From Escherichia coli (lineage in GTDB: Bacteria; Pseudomonadota; Gammaproteobacteria; Enterobacterales; Enterobacteriaceae): 64,000 nt of DNA. The stretch lies in NCBI RefSeq assembly GCF_046105845.1, contig NZ_CP151004.1; one strand, written 5' to 3'. Below are positions 11,933 to 26,283 of this stretch, in pieces. Within the stretch, counting starts at the first letter, position 1. Every line of letters starts with the position of its first letter. A program made the translations under genes and the position numbers. The notes under the pieces were generated by a model. It did not search any database and was not told where the DNA came from. It saw only the letters and a list, made by a program, of their open reading frames with translations.

Positions 11933-12580
11933 ATGGAACGAAATAAACTTGCTCGTCAGATTATTGACACTTGCCTGGAAATGACCCGCCTGGGACTGAA
12001 CCAGGGGACAGCGGGTAACGTCAGTGTACGTTATCAGGATGGGATGCTGATTACGCCTACAGGTATTCCATATGAAAAACTGACGGAGTCGCATATTGTC
12101 TTTATTGATGGCAACGGTAAACATGAGGAAGGAAAGCTCCCCTCAAGCGAATGGCGTTTCCATATGGCTGCCTATCAAAGCAGACCGGATGCCAACGCGG
12201 TTGTTCACAATCATGCCGTACATTGCACGGCAGTTTCCATTCTTAACCGACCAATCCCCGCTATTCACTACATGATTGCGGCGGCTGGCGGTAATTCTAT
12301 TCCTTGCGCGCCTTATGCGACCTTTGGAACACGTGAACTTTCTGAACATGTTGCGCTGGCTCTCAAAAATCGTAAGGCAACTTTGTTACAACATCATGGG
12401 CTTATCGCTTGTGAGGTGAATCTGGAAAAAGCGTTATGGCTGGCGCATGAAGTTGAAGTGCTGGCGCAACTTTACCTGACGACCCTGGCGATTACGGACC
12501 CGGTGCCAGTGCTGAGCGATGAAGAGATTGCCGTAGTGCTGGAGAAATTCAAAACCTATGGGTTACGGATTGAAGAGTAA
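11933..12580 (+). CDS. fucA: L-fuculose-1-phosphate aldolase FucA (class II aldolase)
   Basis: 215 aa, class II aldolase/adducin fold. Confidence 0.9.
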   Translation: MERNKLARQIIDTCLEMTRLGLNQGTAGNVSVRYQDGMLITPTGIPYEKLTESHIVFIDGNGKHEEGKLPSSEWRFHMAAYQSRPDANAVVHNHAVHCTAVSILNRPIPAIHYMIAAAGGNSIPCAPYATFGTRELSEHVALALKNRKATLLQHHGLIACEVNLEKALWLAHEVEVLAQLYLTTLAITDPVPVLSDEEIAVVLEKFKTYGLRIEE

Positions 12581-12607
12581 TTTCGTAAAGCAACAAGGAG
12601 AAGGATG

Positions 12608-13756
12608 ATGGCTAACAGAATGATTCTGAACGAAACGGCATGGTTTGGTCGGGGTGCTGTTGGGGCTTTAACCGATGAGGTGAAACGCCGTGGTTATCAG
12701 AAGGCGCTGATCGTCACCGATAAAACGCTGGTGCAATGCGGCGTGGTGGCGAAAGTGACCGATAAGATGGATGCTGCAGGGCTGGCATGGGCGATTTACG
12801 ACGGCGTAGTGCCCAACCCAACAATTACTGTCGTCAAAGAAGGGCTCGGTGTATTCCAGAATAGCGGCGCGGATTACCTGATCGCTATTGGTGGTGGTTC
12901 TCCACAGGATACTTGTAAAGCGATTGGCATTATCAGCAACAACCCGGAGTTTGCCGATGTGCGTAGCCTGGAAGGGCTTTCCCCGACCAATAAACCCAGT
13001 GTACCGATTCTGGCAATCCCCACCACAGCAGGCACTGCGGCAGAAGTGACCATTAACTACGTGATCACTGACGAAGAGAAACGGCGCAAGTTTGTTTGCG
13101 TTGATCCGCATGATATCCCGCAGGTGGCGTTTATTGACGCTGACATGATGGATGGTATGCCTCCAGCGCTGAAAGCTGCGACGGGTGTCGATGCGCTCAC
13201 TCATGCTATTGAGGGGTATATTACCCGTGGCGCGTGGGCGCTAACCGATGCACTGCACATTAAAGCGATTGAAATCATTGCTGGGGCGCTGCGAGGATCG
13301 GTTGCTGGTGATAAGGATGCCGGAGAAGAAATGGCGCTCGGGCAGTATGTTGCGGGTATGGGCTTCTCGAATGTTGGGTTAGGGTTGGTGCATGGTATGG
13401 CGCATCCACTGGGCGCGTTTTATAACACTCCACACGGTGTTGCGAACGCCATCCTGTTACCGCATGTCATGCGCTATAACGCTGACTTTACCGGTGAGAA
13501 GTACCGCGATATCGCGCGCGTTATGGGCGTGAAAGTGGAAGGTATGAGCCTGGAAGAGGCGCGTAATGCCGCTGTTGAAGCGGTGTTTGCTCTCAACCGT
13601 GATGTCGGTATTCCGCCACATTTGCGTGATGTTGGTGTACGCAAGGAAGACATTCCGGCACTGGCGCAGGCGGCACTGGATGATGTTTGTACCGGTGGCA
13701 ACCCGCGTGAAGCAACGCTTGAGGATATTGTAGAGCTTTACCATACCGCCTGGTAA
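12608..13756 (+). CDS. fucO: L-1,2-propanediol oxidoreductase (lactaldehyde reductase) FucO, iron-containing ADH
   Basis: ORF 12605 MMANRM trimmed to second ATG; Fe-ADH family motifs. Confidence 0.9.
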   Translation: MANRMILNETAWFGRGAVGALTDEVKRRGYQKALIVTDKTLVQCGVVAKVTDKMDAAGLAWAIYDGVVPNPTITVVKEGLGVFQNSGADYLIAIGGGSPQDTCKAIGIISNNPEFADVRSLEGLSPTNKPSVPILAIPTTAGTAAEVTINYVITDEEKRRKFVCVDPHDIPQVAFIDADMMDGMPPALKAATGVDALTHAIEGYITRGAWALTDALHIKAIEIIAGALRGSVAGDKDAGEEMALGQYVAGMGFSNVGLGLVHGMAHPLGAFYNTPHGVANAILLPHVMRYNADFTGEKYRDIARVMGVKVEGMSLEEARNAAVEAVFALNRDVGIPPHLRDVGVRKEDIPALAQAALDDVCTGGNPREATLEDIVELYHTAW

Positions 13757-13774
13757 ATACGCTGATGTGATAAT

Positions 13775-13807
13775 GCCGGATGCGACGCTAGCCGCGTCTT
13801 ATCCGGC
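13775..13807. repeat. REP element between convergent fucO and xni
   Basis: gccggatgcgacgctagccgcgtcttatccggc, canonical REP-type palindrome. Confidence 0.6.
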
Positions 13808-13860
13808 ATATAAGTGCATTAAATTCAATGTGCTGATAATCGTTTGCATCCGGCACGTCG

Positions 13861-16094
<2,234 letters not shown>

Positions 16095-16151
16095 AGGAAA
16101 TACATCGCGTTAAAACGGAGGAAGCGCCGCCCGAAAGCGGCGCGAAAGGAC

Positions 16152-17441
16152 TTAGCTGAACAGAGAGTAGAAGATTGCGGAGATTGCAATCAGACCCATC
16201 ACGACAACGAATACGTTGCTGATGTGACCGCTGTACTTACGCATTGCCGGTACTTTCTGAATTGCGTACATCGGCATCAGGAACAGGATCATCGCGATGA
16301 TTGGGCCGCCCAGGGTTTCAATCATACCCAGGATGCTCGGGTTCAGGGTGGCAACAATCCAGGTCGTTACCAGCATGAACAGCGCAGTGATACGGTTCAG
16401 CTTGTTGATTTCGATAGACTTACCTTTACCACGCAGAGATTTAATCACCATACCGTTGAAGCCTTCACGTGCGCCCAGGTAGTGGCCGAGGAAGGATTTG
16501 GTGATAGCGATAATCGCGATAATCGGAGCCATCCACGCGATAACCGGTGCGTTAAAGTGGTTAGCCAGGTAAGACAGAATCGAGATGTTCTGCTCTTTAG
16601 CCGCAGCCAGGTCTGCCGGAGTCAGGCTCAGTACGCAGCTGAAGACGAAGAACATTACGGTCAGCACCATCATGATGTGTGCGAATGCCAGGATCTTCGA
16701 ACATTTCTGTTCTGCCATATCGCCGTACTCTTCACGCTTCGCAACGGCGAAAGAAGAGATGATCGGAGAGTGGTTGAACGAGAACACCATTACCGGAATT
16801 GCCAGCCACAGGGTCATCCACAGACCGTTTCCGGTTGCCGATGCAGTGTCCAGAGACAGCGTTTCCAGTGCTGCGCCGTTCCACTGCGGGATCAGGTACA
16901 GAGCCAGCAGCATCAGTACGCCAACAAACGGGAATACCAGAATACTCATCGCTTTAACGATCATCTGCTCACCGAAGCGAACGATGGTCATCATACCCAC
17001 GATCAGGATCAGCGACAGAATCGCACGCGGCGGTGGTGTCATACCCAGCTGGTGAGACATGAAGCTTTCAACTGTATTGGTGATTGCCACGCTATAAACC
17101 AGCAGGATCGGGTAGATAGCGAAGAAGTAGAGCAGGGTAATCAGTTTACCTGCGCCAATACCAAAGTGTTCTTCTACAACCTCGGTGATGTCTTCGCCCG
17201 GGTTTTTACCAGACAGTACGAAGCGAGTCAGACCGCGGTGAGCAAAAAATGTCATCGGGAACGCAAGGATAGCCATGATGATCAGCGGGATCATACCGCC
17301 AACACCGGCGTTGATTGGCAGGAACAGCACGCCCGCGCCGATTGCCGTGCCGTAAAGGCCCAGCATCCACATGGTGTCTGTCTTGCGCCAGGCACTACGA
17401 GAGTCTTTCGACGCAATCGTGCTGGTTTGAGTCGTTTCCAT
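16152..17441 (-). CDS. sdaC: serine:H+ symporter SdaC (HAAAP family)
   Basis: 429 aa polytopic membrane protein directly upstream of sdaB. Confidence 0.9.
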   Translation of the reverse strand: METTQTSTIASKDSRSAWRKTDTMWMLGLYGTAIGAGVLFLPINAGVGGMIPLIIMAILAFPMTFFAHRGLTRFVLSGKNPGEDITEVVEEHFGIGAGKLITLLYFFAIYPILLVYSVAITNTVESFMSHQLGMTPPPRAILSLILIVGMMTIVRFGEQMIVKAMSILVFPFVGVLMLLALYLIPQWNGAALETLSLDTASATGNGLWMTLWLAIPVMVFSFNHSPIISSFAVAKREEYGDMAEQKCSKILAFAHIMMVLTVMFFVFSCVLSLTPADLAAAKEQNISILSYLANHFNAPVIAWMAPIIAIIAITKSFLGHYLGAREGFNGMVIKSLRGKGKSIEINKLNRITALFMLVTTWIVATLNPSILGMIETLGGPIIAMILFLMPMYAIQKVPAMRKYSGHISNVFVVVMGLIAISAIFYSLFS

Positions 17442-17950
17442 CTATTTCTCCTGGAGGAATGCAAATAATTCAGCTTTTAGCCAGTTCAGCCCGGGAAGGT
17501 GCCTGACCGTAAAAATGAAATCTGTCTATCGGCGATGGCTTAATCATTTACCGCCGTAATAATTTGAGGGCGGAAAGATACACACAAGTTATGTATCTAT
17601 CAGTGATCTTGATCCCAAATACAATAATCTACTTGGAAGATAGATTATCCCAACGCTTTACTCTGTAAATCAAAAGTAAAAGAGAATTTAAGGGCAATAT
17701 TTGCCCATTAAACGACATCTGACTTCTTCCGGGGCGCGCAATATATGTAGGTTGAACTGAAAAAATCAATACTTTTAGTTAATCATGGCGATAATTTCTT
17801 TTTCATAGCGATAAAATGTGGTTTATGAAAATAGGGAAACGTTTGCGTTGCAATATAAATTGTATGACATATTAACTGTGATGATATTTGTCGCGTGAGG
17901 GTGGTAAGAAACATTCATATAACAAATGAAATAAATTGATGGGTATGTGA

Positions 17951-17987
17951 CCAAAAACGAGAAAACCCGGCAACAAACGTCACCGGG
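17951..17987 (-). terminator. putative rho-independent terminator of ppnN
   Basis: On the minus strand, hairpin CCCGGTGACGTTTGTTGCCGGG followed by TTTTCTCGTTTTTGG just after the ppnN stop. Confidence 0.55.
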
Positions 17988-17996
17988 GGAGGGAGA

Positions 17997-19361
17997 TTAC
18001 GTGCAGATTTCGTAGCAAGGGATGTAGGCTGAGCCTGGCAACTTCATACGATGCTGGGCAACAAAACCCTGTAGCAGGTCATCCATACGACGCATAATCT
18101 CTTTATCGCCGTTGATTTTATAAGGACCAAACTCTTCAATAGCGCGAATACCGACTTCTTTTACGTTACCCGCCACAATACCGGAGAACGCACGGCGCAG
18201 GTCGGCAGCCAGCACTTCAACGGGTTGATCCGGGTAAAGCTTCAGATTTGCCATATTCTCGTGAGACGGCTCAAACGGCATTTGCAAATCTGGCGCAATG
18301 CGCATTGACCAGTTAAAGCTGTAGGCATCGCCTGTGTCGCGGCGATTTTCTTTCACCAGCGGCATCGATTTTTTCATCTGACGAGCGACTTCAGCGGCGT
18401 CATCAATGATGATGCGGTAATGGCGGCGCGCGTTTTCACCCAACGTATGCACGACAAACTCGTCCAGTACGCGGAAGTAGTCGGCGCTCTCTTTTGGGCC
18501 GGTGAGGATCAATGGTAAAACCTGATCTTTGTTGGCCGGGTTCATTAAAATTCCCAGCAAATACAGCAACTCTTCTGCCGTACCCACACCGCCAGGGAAG
18601 ATAATGATACCGTGAGCGATACGGACAAACGCTTCCAGACGTTTTTCGATATCCGGCATGATGATCAATTCGTTGACCAGCGGGTTAGGCGGTTCAGCGG
18701 CGATAATCGATGGCTCTGTCATACCAATAAAACGACTGTCTTTGTAACGCTGCTGTGCGTGTCCGACCGCAGCACCTTTCATTGGCGCTTCCATCGCTCC
18801 CGGACCACAGCCGGTGCAGATATTCAGCTCACGCAGGCCCAGCTGATTCCCGACGCGACGGGCATACAAATACTCGTTTTCGTTAATTGAGTGCCCGCCC
18901 CAGCAGACCACCATATTTGGCGCTTCACCAACATGCAGCGCGCGAGCGTTACGCAAGATGGAAAAGACCAGGTTAGTGATGTGGACGGAGTTGTCGAGAT
19001 TCAGGTTGGGAAAACGAACGGTGTTATGGATTTGCCCGTAAACGAAGAGAATGTCGCGCAGAACCGCGAACAAGTTGGCCTGCAAAGCGCGAATAATTCG
19101 CCCATCGACAAAAGCCTCTTCCGGGGGATTAATCAGTTCCAGCTTTACGCCGCGTTCACGGCGCAAGACGTTAATATCGAAATTTTCAAAACGAGACAGC
19201 AATTCTTTGCTGTTATCGGTCAAACTACCGGAGTTCAGTACGGCAAGTGAACAGTTGCGAAACAGTTGATAGAGGTCGCTGCTGGCGGTGCGTTTAAGCA
19301 TATCCACTTCCAGCTGCGACAACATATCCATGGAGCCAAGCGGGCTAATATGTGTAATCAA
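17997..19361 (-). CDS. ppnN: pyrimidine/purine nucleotide 5'-monophosphate nucleosidase PpnN (LOG family, formerly YgdH)
   Basis: 454 aa; LOG-family core ([14 protein letters not shown]...[10 protein letters not shown]). Confidence 0.9.
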
Positions 19362-19472
19362 GAAAAACTCCTTATGGGACGAATATCGTCATTCCCTTTG
19401 ATTACAATAGCCCTGCCTGATGACCTTTCACAACCTTCTGCGTGAATCCAGCACGCAAAATTGAGAAAAAAT

Positions 19473-20321
19473 TTATTGCCGAACCAGTCTTGTGGTCGAT
19501 GGGACAAAATCGCTATTACTGCGCCACGGGTTAATGTCCAGACCGCCACGACGGGTATAACGTGCGTAAACGCTCAATTTCTCTGGCTGGCAGAAGCGTA
19601 ACAGGTCATTAAAGATGCGTTCCACGCACTGTTCGTGGAACTCGTTGTGATGACGGAAAGAAACCAGGTAACGCAGCAGTTTTTCTCTGTCAATTTGGCG
19701 TCCACGATACTGAATTTGGATCGATCCCCAATCTGGTTGATGGGTGATCAGGCAATTTGATTTCAGCAGGTGGCTGACGAGCGTCTCTTCTACTACTTTT
19801 TCGCCACTGGTGGCATTCTCCAGATAGTCAGTAGTGAATTCATAGTTATCGATAGTGATATCCTGGTCATCAATGCAAGTGCCATTGAAATGACCTATCG
19901 GTTGGCCTTCCAGATCATCAAGACGATATAACGCCACGCTAACCTTACCCTGAGCGCAAGTGCTTAAGTCGCGCTCCAGCGTCTGGCGCACCTCATCCCA
20001 GTTATTAAAACGCGTCTGGTTAAAACTGTTGAGATAGAGCTTAAAACTCTTCGACTCAATCAGATTTGCGCTGGTGTAATCAAGTGCAACATGACCGACG
20101 GCGACCTGCGGCAAACCTTTCGCATTCAGCCAGGAAAGTTCATACAGCGTCCAGATATCCGTACCGTGAAAAGGCAGGTTATCCGCTTTCAGACCCAGCG
20201 GATCGCGATTCAGACTACGTGGAACGCCTTGCAGTAGGCTGGCGTCATAGGTATCCCGGTAATCGGTTGATTTTCCAAGAGTCAGGCCCGCAAGTGCCTG
20301 ATGGTTTGCATAAGAAGACAT
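19473..20321 (-). CDS. queF: NADPH-dependent 7-cyano-7-deazaguanine reductase QueF
   Basis: 282 aa, two-domain T-fold QueF. Confidence 0.9.
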   Translation of the reverse strand: MSSYANHQALAGLTLGKSTDYRDTYDASLLQGVPRSLNRDPLGLKADNLPFHGTDIWTLYELSWLNAKGLPQVAVGHVALDYTSANLIESKSFKLYLNSFNQTRFNNWDEVRQTLERDLSTCAQGKVSVALYRLDDLEGQPIGHFNGTCIDDQDITIDNYEFTTDYLENATSGEKVVEETLVSHLLKSNCLITHQPDWGSIQIQYRGRQIDREKLLRYLVSFRHHNEFHEQCVERIFNDLLRFCQPEKLSVYARYTRRGGLDINPWRSNSDFVPSTTRLVRQ

Positions 20322-20388
20322 GTTTCACCGTCATAAACCAGATAAACTAAACGACAAGTGTATCTGGTTTAAGTGAAGAGAGAAATTA

Positions 20389-20934
20389 GTGGACGATTTG
20401 ACCGCACAAGCCCTGAAAGATTTTACTGCACGCTACTGCGATGCGTGGAATGAAGAGCATAAAAGCTGGCCGTTGAGTGAGGAACTGTACGGCGTTCCTT
20501 CACCGTGCATTATTTCAACCACCGAAGACGCCGTATACTGGCAACCCCAGCCGTTTACCGGGGAACAAAATGTAAACGCGGTTGAACGCGCTTTTGATAT
20601 TGTGATACAACCCACAATTCATACCTTTTATACGACTCAGTTTGCCGGGGATATGCACGCGCAGTTTGGCGATATTAAACTGACATTGCTGCAAACCTGG
20701 AGTGAAGACGACTTCCGTCGGGTGCAGGAAAATCTGATTGGTCATCTGGTGACTCAGAAAAGGCTAAAACTGCCGCCCACGCTATTTATCGCGACGCTGG
20801 AAGAAGAGTTAGAGGTGATCTCGGTGTGTAATCTCTCCGGTGAAGTGTGCAAAGAGACGCTGGGAACACGTAAACGGACGCATTTAGCCTCAAATCTTGC
20901 GGAATTCCTTAATCAACTTAAGCCTCTTCTGTAA
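20389..20934 (+). CDS. syd: SecY-interacting protein Syd
   Basis: 181 aa, [23 protein letters not shown]. Confidence 0.85.
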   Translation: MDDLTAQALKDFTARYCDAWNEEHKSWPLSEELYGVPSPCIISTTEDAVYWQPQPFTGEQNVNAVERAFDIVIQPTIHTFYTTQFAGDMHAQFGDIKLTLLQTWSEDDFRRVQENLIGHLVTQKRLKLPPTLFIATLEEELEVISVCNLSGEVCKETLGTRKRTHLASNLAEFLNQLKPLL

Positions 20935-20953
20935 TCCAAATACCCCATCTGGT

Positions 20954-20971
20954 TGTGAGAGATCTCTTACA
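20954..20971. promoter_or_regulatory. UvrY (BarA/UvrY response regulator) binding palindrome upstream of csrB
   Basis: Perfect 18-bp inverted repeat tgtgagagatctcttaca, about 175 bp upstream of the csrB 5' end. Confidence 0.7.
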
Positions 20972-21144
20972 GACTCTGTAGGAGATCGCCAGGAAATAAG
21001 CGAATACTTAAAAAGATAAGAATCGTTATTTTCATTTAAAATCAATATATTGCTTGTCAATTCTTAACTTTCATATGAAATTTTCCTTAAGGCATTGTCT
21101 GTAAGCGCCTTGTAAGACTTCGCGAAAAAGACGATTCTATCTTC

Positions 21145-21510
21145 GTCGACAGGGAGTCAGACAACGAAGTGAACATCAGGATGATGACACTTCTGAAGGA
21201 CACACCAGGATGGTGTTTCAGGGAAAGGCTTCTGGATGAAGCGAAGAGGATGACGCAGGACGCGTTAAAGGACACCTCCAGGATGGAGAATGAGAACCGG
21301 TCAGGATGATTCGGTGGGTCAGGAAGGCCAGGGACACTTCAGGATGAAGTATCACATCGGGGTGGTGTGAGCAGGAAGCAATAGTTCAGGATGAACGATT
21401 GGCCGCAAGGCCAGAGGAAAAGTTGTCAAGGATGAGCAGGGAGCAACAAAAGTAGCTGGAATGCTGCGAAACGAACCGGGAGCACTGTGAATACAGTGCT
21501 CCCTTTTTTT
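21145..21510 (+). ncRNA. csrB: CsrB, CsrA-sequestering small RNA
   Basis: Starts GTCGACAGGGAGTCAGACAACGAAGTGAACATCAGGATGATGACAC; many CAGGATG/AGGA motifs in predicted loops; ends with a terminator. Confidence 0.9.
21478..21510 (+). terminator. rho-independent terminator of csrB
   Basis: gggagcactgtgaatacagtgctccc hairpin followed by ttttttt. Confidence 0.8.
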
Positions 21511-21555
21511 ATTCCTGCTATCCTTCGCGGCAGTTTTTCTTATTGAGGTTGCTTT

Positions 21556-21885
21556 ATGACCACTCATGACCGCGTTCGTCTCCAGTTGCAGGCGCTTGAA
21601 GCGTTACTGCGTGAACATCAGCACTGGCGAAACGATGAACCCCAGCCGCATCAATTTAACAGTACCCAACCGTTCTTTATGGACACTATGGAACCACTGG
21701 AGTGGTTGCAGTGGGTGCTGATCCCGCGAATGCACGATTTGTTAGATAACAACCAGCCATTACCGGGCGCTTTTGCCGTTGCACCCTATTATGAAATGGC
21801 GCTGGCGACGGACTACCCGCAACGCGCGCTTATTCTGGCTGAGCTGGAAAAACTGGATGCTCTTTTTGCGGATGATGCGAGCTAA
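21556..21885 (+). CDS. yqcC: DUF446 family protein YqcC
   Basis: 109 aa ORF; stop overlaps truC start. Confidence 0.85.
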   Translation: MTTHDRVRLQLQALEALLREHQHWRNDEPQPHQFNSTQPFFMDTMEPLEWLQWVLIPRMHDLLDNNQPLPGAFAVAPYYEMALATDYPQRALILAELEKLDALFADDAS

Positions 21886-22667
21886 TGCTGGAAATACTCT
21901 ATCAGGATGAATGGCTGGTTGCGGTAAATAAACCCTCCGGCTGGCTGGTTCACCGCAGCTGGCTGGATCGCGACGAGAAAGTAGTGGTCATGCAAACCGT
22001 GCGTGACCAGATAGGCCAGCATGTGTTTACTGCTCATCGTCTGGACCGACCCACTTCTGGTGTGTTGTTGATGGGATTATCCAGCGAGGCCGGACGGCTG
22101 CTGGCACAACAGTTTGAACAGCACCAAATCCAGAAACGTTACCATGCGATTGTGCGCGGCTGGTTGATGGAAGAAGCAGTTCTGGATTATCCACTGGTGG
22201 AAGAACTGGACAAAATCGCTGATAAATTTGCCCGCGAAGATAAAGGCCCACAGCCAGCAGTGACGCATTATCGCGGTCTGGCGACCGTAGAAATGCCGGT
22301 AGCGACCGGACGTTACCCGACCACGCGCTACGGCCTGGTGGAACTGGAGCCGAAAACCGGACGTAAGCACCAGCTCCGTCGCCATCTTGCCCATTTGCGC
22401 CACCCGATTATTGGCGACAGCAAACATGGTGATTTACGCCAGAATCGCAGCGGTGCTGAACATTTTGGCCTTCAGCGGTTAATGCTGCATGCCAGTCAGT
22501 TGTCATTGACGCATCCTTTTACTGGCGAGCCGCTGACTATTCACGCGGGCCTGGACGACACCTGGATGCAGGCGTTATCACAATTTGGCTGGCGGGGTCT
22601 GCTTCCTGAAAATGAAAGGGTTGAGTTCAGTGCGCCATCGGGTCAGGATGGAGAGATAAGTTCCTAA
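21885..22667 (+). CDS. truC: tRNA pseudouridine(65) synthase TruC
   Basis: 260 aa; RluA-family catalytic motif [12 protein letters not shown]. Confidence 0.9.
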   Translation: MLEILYQDEWLVAVNKPSGWLVHRSWLDRDEKVVVMQTVRDQIGQHVFTAHRLDRPTSGVLLMGLSSEAGRLLAQQFEQHQIQKRYHAIVRGWLMEEAVLDYPLVEELDKIADKFAREDKGPQPAVTHYRGLATVEMPVATGRYPTTRYGLVELEPKTGRKHQLRRHLAHLRHPIIGDSKHGDLRQNRSGAEHFGLQRLMLHASQLSLTHPFTGEPLTIHAGLDDTWMQALSQFGWRGLLPENERVEFSAPSGQDGEISS

Positions 22668-22684
22668 TCCAGGGAGAAAACGGT

Positions 22685-23134
22685 ATGGCGGAAATTGGTA
22701 TTTTTGTCGGCACTATGTACGGAAATTCGCTGTTAGTGGCGGAAGAAGCGGAAGCAATTCTGACCGCGCAGGGCCACAAAGCAACGGTATTTGAAGATCC
22801 TGAATTAAGCGACTGGCTGCCCTATCAGGATAAGTATGTTCTGGTGGTTACGTCCACGACCGGGCAGGGCGACCTTCCTGATAGCATTGTGCCGCTCTTT
22901 CAGGGAATCAAAGATACCCTGGGCTTCCAGCCGAATCTGCGTTATGGCGTGATTGCGCTCGGCGACAGTAGTTATGTGAATTTCTGCAATGGCGGCAAAC
23001 AGTTCGATGCATTGTTGCAGGAACAGAGCGCTCAGCGGGTTGGCGAAATGCTGTTGATTGACGCCAGTGAGAACCCGGAACCGGAAACGGAATCAAATCC
23101 GTGGGTAGAACATTGGGGTACGCTGTTGTCCTGA
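22685..23134 (+). CDS. yqcA: flavodoxin-like protein YqcA
   Basis: 149 aa; flavodoxin FMN-binding signature ([13 protein letters not shown]). Confidence 0.85.
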   Translation: MAEIGIFVGTMYGNSLLVAEEAEAILTAQGHKATVFEDPELSDWLPYQDKYVLVVTSTTGQGDLPDSIVPLFQGIKDTLGFQPNLRYGVIALGDSSYVNFCNGGKQFDALLQEQSAQRVGEMLLIDASENPEPETESNPWVEHWGTLLS

Positions 23135-23568
23135 TACGTTCAGCAAGCGGTAAATGCCGTTTTAGCGGTGCTGAATCGAATCTTTTCAGGCAAATGCCAG
23201 TAAAAACTGCTTCATAGCGCGGATTTTTACTGGCGTTTGCCTGGAGTCAAGCGATCCATTTCATACTCTTCTTTATTTCTTCGTTTTAACCCTTCCTTTC
23301 TTGTTCTTGTTTTCATTTCCGTGAAGTGGATTCCACCGTCCAGGGCTAATGCCAAAATCGGGCCTCATTGAACGCATTAATGTTGTGTTGTTGCACGGTG
23401 AGCCGCTATGGCGCGCTTTTTATACTGCTATTGCCAGATATAAACACGCGCCGTATTCGGCGAACGACCTATAAAAACGGCAAAAAACACCCTACGTCAC
23501 CTCTGATTTCCTGGCGATGTCGCAGTCCAGAGTGAGCGTGGCTAACGCGAATTTTCAGGAGTGCAACA

Positions 23569-24921
23569 ATGAGTTCTTTAAGTCAGGCTGCGAGCAGTGT
23601 GGAAAAACGCACAAATGCTCGTTACTGGATAGTGGTGATGTTGTTTATCGTCACATCCTTCAACTACGGCGACCGCGCTACGCTCTCTATCGCCGGTTCG
23701 GAAATGGCCAAAGATATCGGCCTTGATCCTGTGGGAATGGGCTATGTGTTCTCTGCTTTCTCATGGGCTTATGTTATCGGGCAGATCCCTGGTGGCTGGT
23801 TGCTGGATCGTTTTGGTTCAAAACGCGTCTACTTCTGGTCGATCTTTATCTGGTCGATGTTTACCTTGCTGCAAGGCTTCGTCGATATCTTTAGTGGATT
23901 CGGCATTATCGTTGCCCTGTTTACGCTGCGCTTCCTGGTCGGGCTTGCTGAAGCGCCATCTTTCCCCGGCAACAGTCGCATTGTTGCGGCCTGGTTTCCG
24001 GCGCAGGAAAGGGGAACGGCGGTGTCGATTTTTAACTCCGCTCAATACTTCGCAACGGTGATCTTCGCGCCGATTATGGGCTGGCTGACGCATGAAGTGG
24101 GCTGGTCACACGTCTTTTTCTTTATGGGCGGTCTGGGCATTGTCATCAGCTTTATCTGGTTGAAAGTCATCCACGAGCCAAATCAACATCCGGGTGTAAA
24201 TCAGAAAGAGCTGGAGTACATCGCTGCGGGTGGCGCGCTGATCAATATGGATCAGCAAAACACCAAAGTTAAAGTACCGTTCAGCGTGAAGTGGGGGCAG
24301 ATCAAACAGCTGCTCGGGTCACGGATGATGATCGGCGTTTATATCGGTCAGTACTGTATCAACGCCCTGACTTACTTTTTCATTACCTGGTTTCCGGTTT
24401 ATCTGGTGCAGGCGCGTGGGATGTCGATTCTGAAAGCGGGCTTTGTGGCTTCCGTTCCGGCGGTTTGCGGTTTTATCGGCGGTGTGCTGGGTGGGATTAT
24501 TTCCGACTGGCTGATGCGCCGCACGGGATCGCTGAACATTGCGCGTAAAACACCGATCGTAATGGGCATGTTGCTGTCGATGGTGATGGTGTTCTGCAAC
24601 TACGTCAACGTTGAGTGGATGATCATCGGCTTTATGGCGCTGGCCTTCTTCGGTAAGGGCATCGGGGCGCTGGGTTGGGCAGTAATGGCAGATACCGCGC
24701 CAAAAGAGATCAGCGGTCTTTCCGGTGGCCTGTTCAACATGTTCGGTAACATTTCTGGCATCGTCACGCCAATCGCAATTGGTTATATCGTTGGCACGAC
24801 TGGCTCCTTTAATGGGGCGCTGATTTATGTTGGTGTTCATGCCTTAATCGCGGTACTGAGCTACCTGGTGCTGGTGGGCGATATCAAGCGTATCGAGCTG
24901 AAACCTGTCGCGGGGCAATAA
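23569..24921 (+). CDS. gudP: D-glucarate/galactarate permease GudP (MFS, anion:cation symporter)
   Basis: 450 aa MFS transporter heading the gudPXD operon. Confidence 0.9.
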   Translation: MSSLSQAASSVEKRTNARYWIVVMLFIVTSFNYGDRATLSIAGSEMAKDIGLDPVGMGYVFSAFSWAYVIGQIPGGWLLDRFGSKRVYFWSIFIWSMFTLLQGFVDIFSGFGIIVALFTLRFLVGLAEAPSFPGNSRIVAAWFPAQERGTAVSIFNSAQYFATVIFAPIMGWLTHEVGWSHVFFFMGGLGIVISFIWLKVIHEPNQHPGVNQKELEYIAAGGALINMDQQNTKVKVPFSVKWGQIKQLLGSRMMIGVYIGQYCINALTYFFITWFPVYLVQARGMSILKAGFVASVPAVCGFIGGVLGGIISDWLMRRTGSLNIARKTPIVMGMLLSMVMVFCNYVNVEWMIIGFMALAFFGKGIGALGWAVMADTAPKEISGLSGGLFNMFGNISGIVTPIAIGYIVGTTGSFNGALIYVGVHALIAVLSYLVLVGDIKRIELKPVAGQ

Positions 24922-24922
24922 G

Positions 24923-26263
24923 ATGACGACACAATCCAGTCCTGTTATTACTGATATGAAAGTCATTCCGGTCGCCGGGCACGATAGCATGTTGCTTAAT
25001 ATTGGTGGTGCACATAACGCATATTTCACCCGCAATATTGTGGTACTCACCGATAACGCCGGGCATACCGGCATTGGTGAAGCGCCAGGCGGAGAGGTGA
25101 TTTATCAGACGCTTGCCGATGCTATTCCGATGGTTCTGGGCCAGGAAGTTGCGCGCCTGAATAAAGTGGTCCAGCAGGTGCATAAAGGTAATCAGGCCGC
25201 CGATTTTGATACCTTCGGTAAAGGCGCCTGGACTTTTGAATTGCGCGTTAATGCCGTGGCGGCGCTGGAAGCCGCCTTGCTTGACCTGCTAGGTAAGGCG
25301 CTGAATGTTCCGGTCTGCGAACTGTTAGGGCCAGGCAAGCAACGCGATGCTATTACCGTCCTCGGTTATCTGTTTTATATCGGTGATCGGACCAAAACCG
25401 ATCTTCCTTATCTGGAAAATACGCCGGGCAACCATGAGTGGTATCAATTGCGGCATCAGAAAGCGATGAACAGCGACGCCGTTGTGCGTCTGGCGGAAGC
25501 TTCACAGGATCGCTATGGCTTTAAAGATTTCAAACTTAAGGGCGGAGTGTTACCTGGCGAGCAAGAAATCGACACTGTTCGTGCATTGAAGAAACGCTTC
25601 CCGGATGCGCGGATTACCGTTGATCCCAACGGAGCATGGCTGCTTGATGAAGCTATTTCTCTGTGCAAAGGGCTGAATGATGTTCTCACCTATGCCGAAG
25701 ATCCATGTGGCGCAGAACAGGGTTTCTCCGGACGTGAAGTGATGGCGGAGTTTCGACGGGCGACCGGCTTGCCCGTCGCGACTAACATGATCGCCACCAA
25801 CTGGCGCGAAATGGGCCATGCGGTGATGCTCAATGCGGTAGATATTCCACTTGCCGATCCGCACTTCTGGACGCTTTCCGGTGCAGTCCGCGTGGCGCAA
25901 CTTTGCGACGACTGGGGGCTGACCTGGGGCTGCCATTCCAATAACCACTTTGATATCTCTCTGGCGATGTTTACCCATGTGGGTGCGGCGGCACCGGGTA
26001 ATCCTACCGCTATCGATACCCACTGGATTTGGCAGGAGGGCGATTGTCGCCTGACCAAAAATCCGCTGGAGATTAAAAACGGAAAAATTGCCGTTCCTGA
26101 TGCGCCCGGTCTGGGCGTGGAACTGGACTGGGAGCAGGTACAAAAGGCGCATGAGGCCTATAAACGTCTGCCTGGCGGTGCGCGTAACGACGCGGGCCCG
26201 ATGCAGTACCTGCTCCCCGGCTGGACCTTTGACCGTAAACGTCCCGTTTTCGGCCGTCATTGA
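24923..26263 (+). CDS. gudX: glucarate dehydratase-related protein GudX (enolase superfamily)
   Basis: 446 aa; paralogous to downstream gudD (shared blocks [41 protein letters not shown]). Confidence 0.9.
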   Translation: MTTQSSPVITDMKVIPVAGHDSMLLNIGGAHNAYFTRNIVVLTDNAGHTGIGEAPGGEVIYQTLADAIPMVLGQEVARLNKVVQQVHKGNQAADFDTFGKGAWTFELRVNAVAALEAALLDLLGKALNVPVCELLGPGKQRDAITVLGYLFYIGDRTKTDLPYLENTPGNHEWYQLRHQKAMNSDAVVRLAEASQDRYGFKDFKLKGGVLPGEQEIDTVRALKKRFPDARITVDPNGAWLLDEAISLCKGLNDVLTYAEDPCGAEQGFSGREVMAEFRRATGLPVATNMIATNWREMGHAVMLNAVDIPLADPHFWTLSGAVRVAQLCDDWGLTWGCHSNNHFDISLAMFTHVGAAAPGNPTAIDTHWIWQEGDCRLTKNPLEIKNGKIAVPDAPGLGVELDWEQVQKAHEAYKRLPGGARNDAGPMQYLLPGWTFDRKRPVFGRH

Positions 26264-26283
26264 TTTTGAAAAAGGACATAAAG

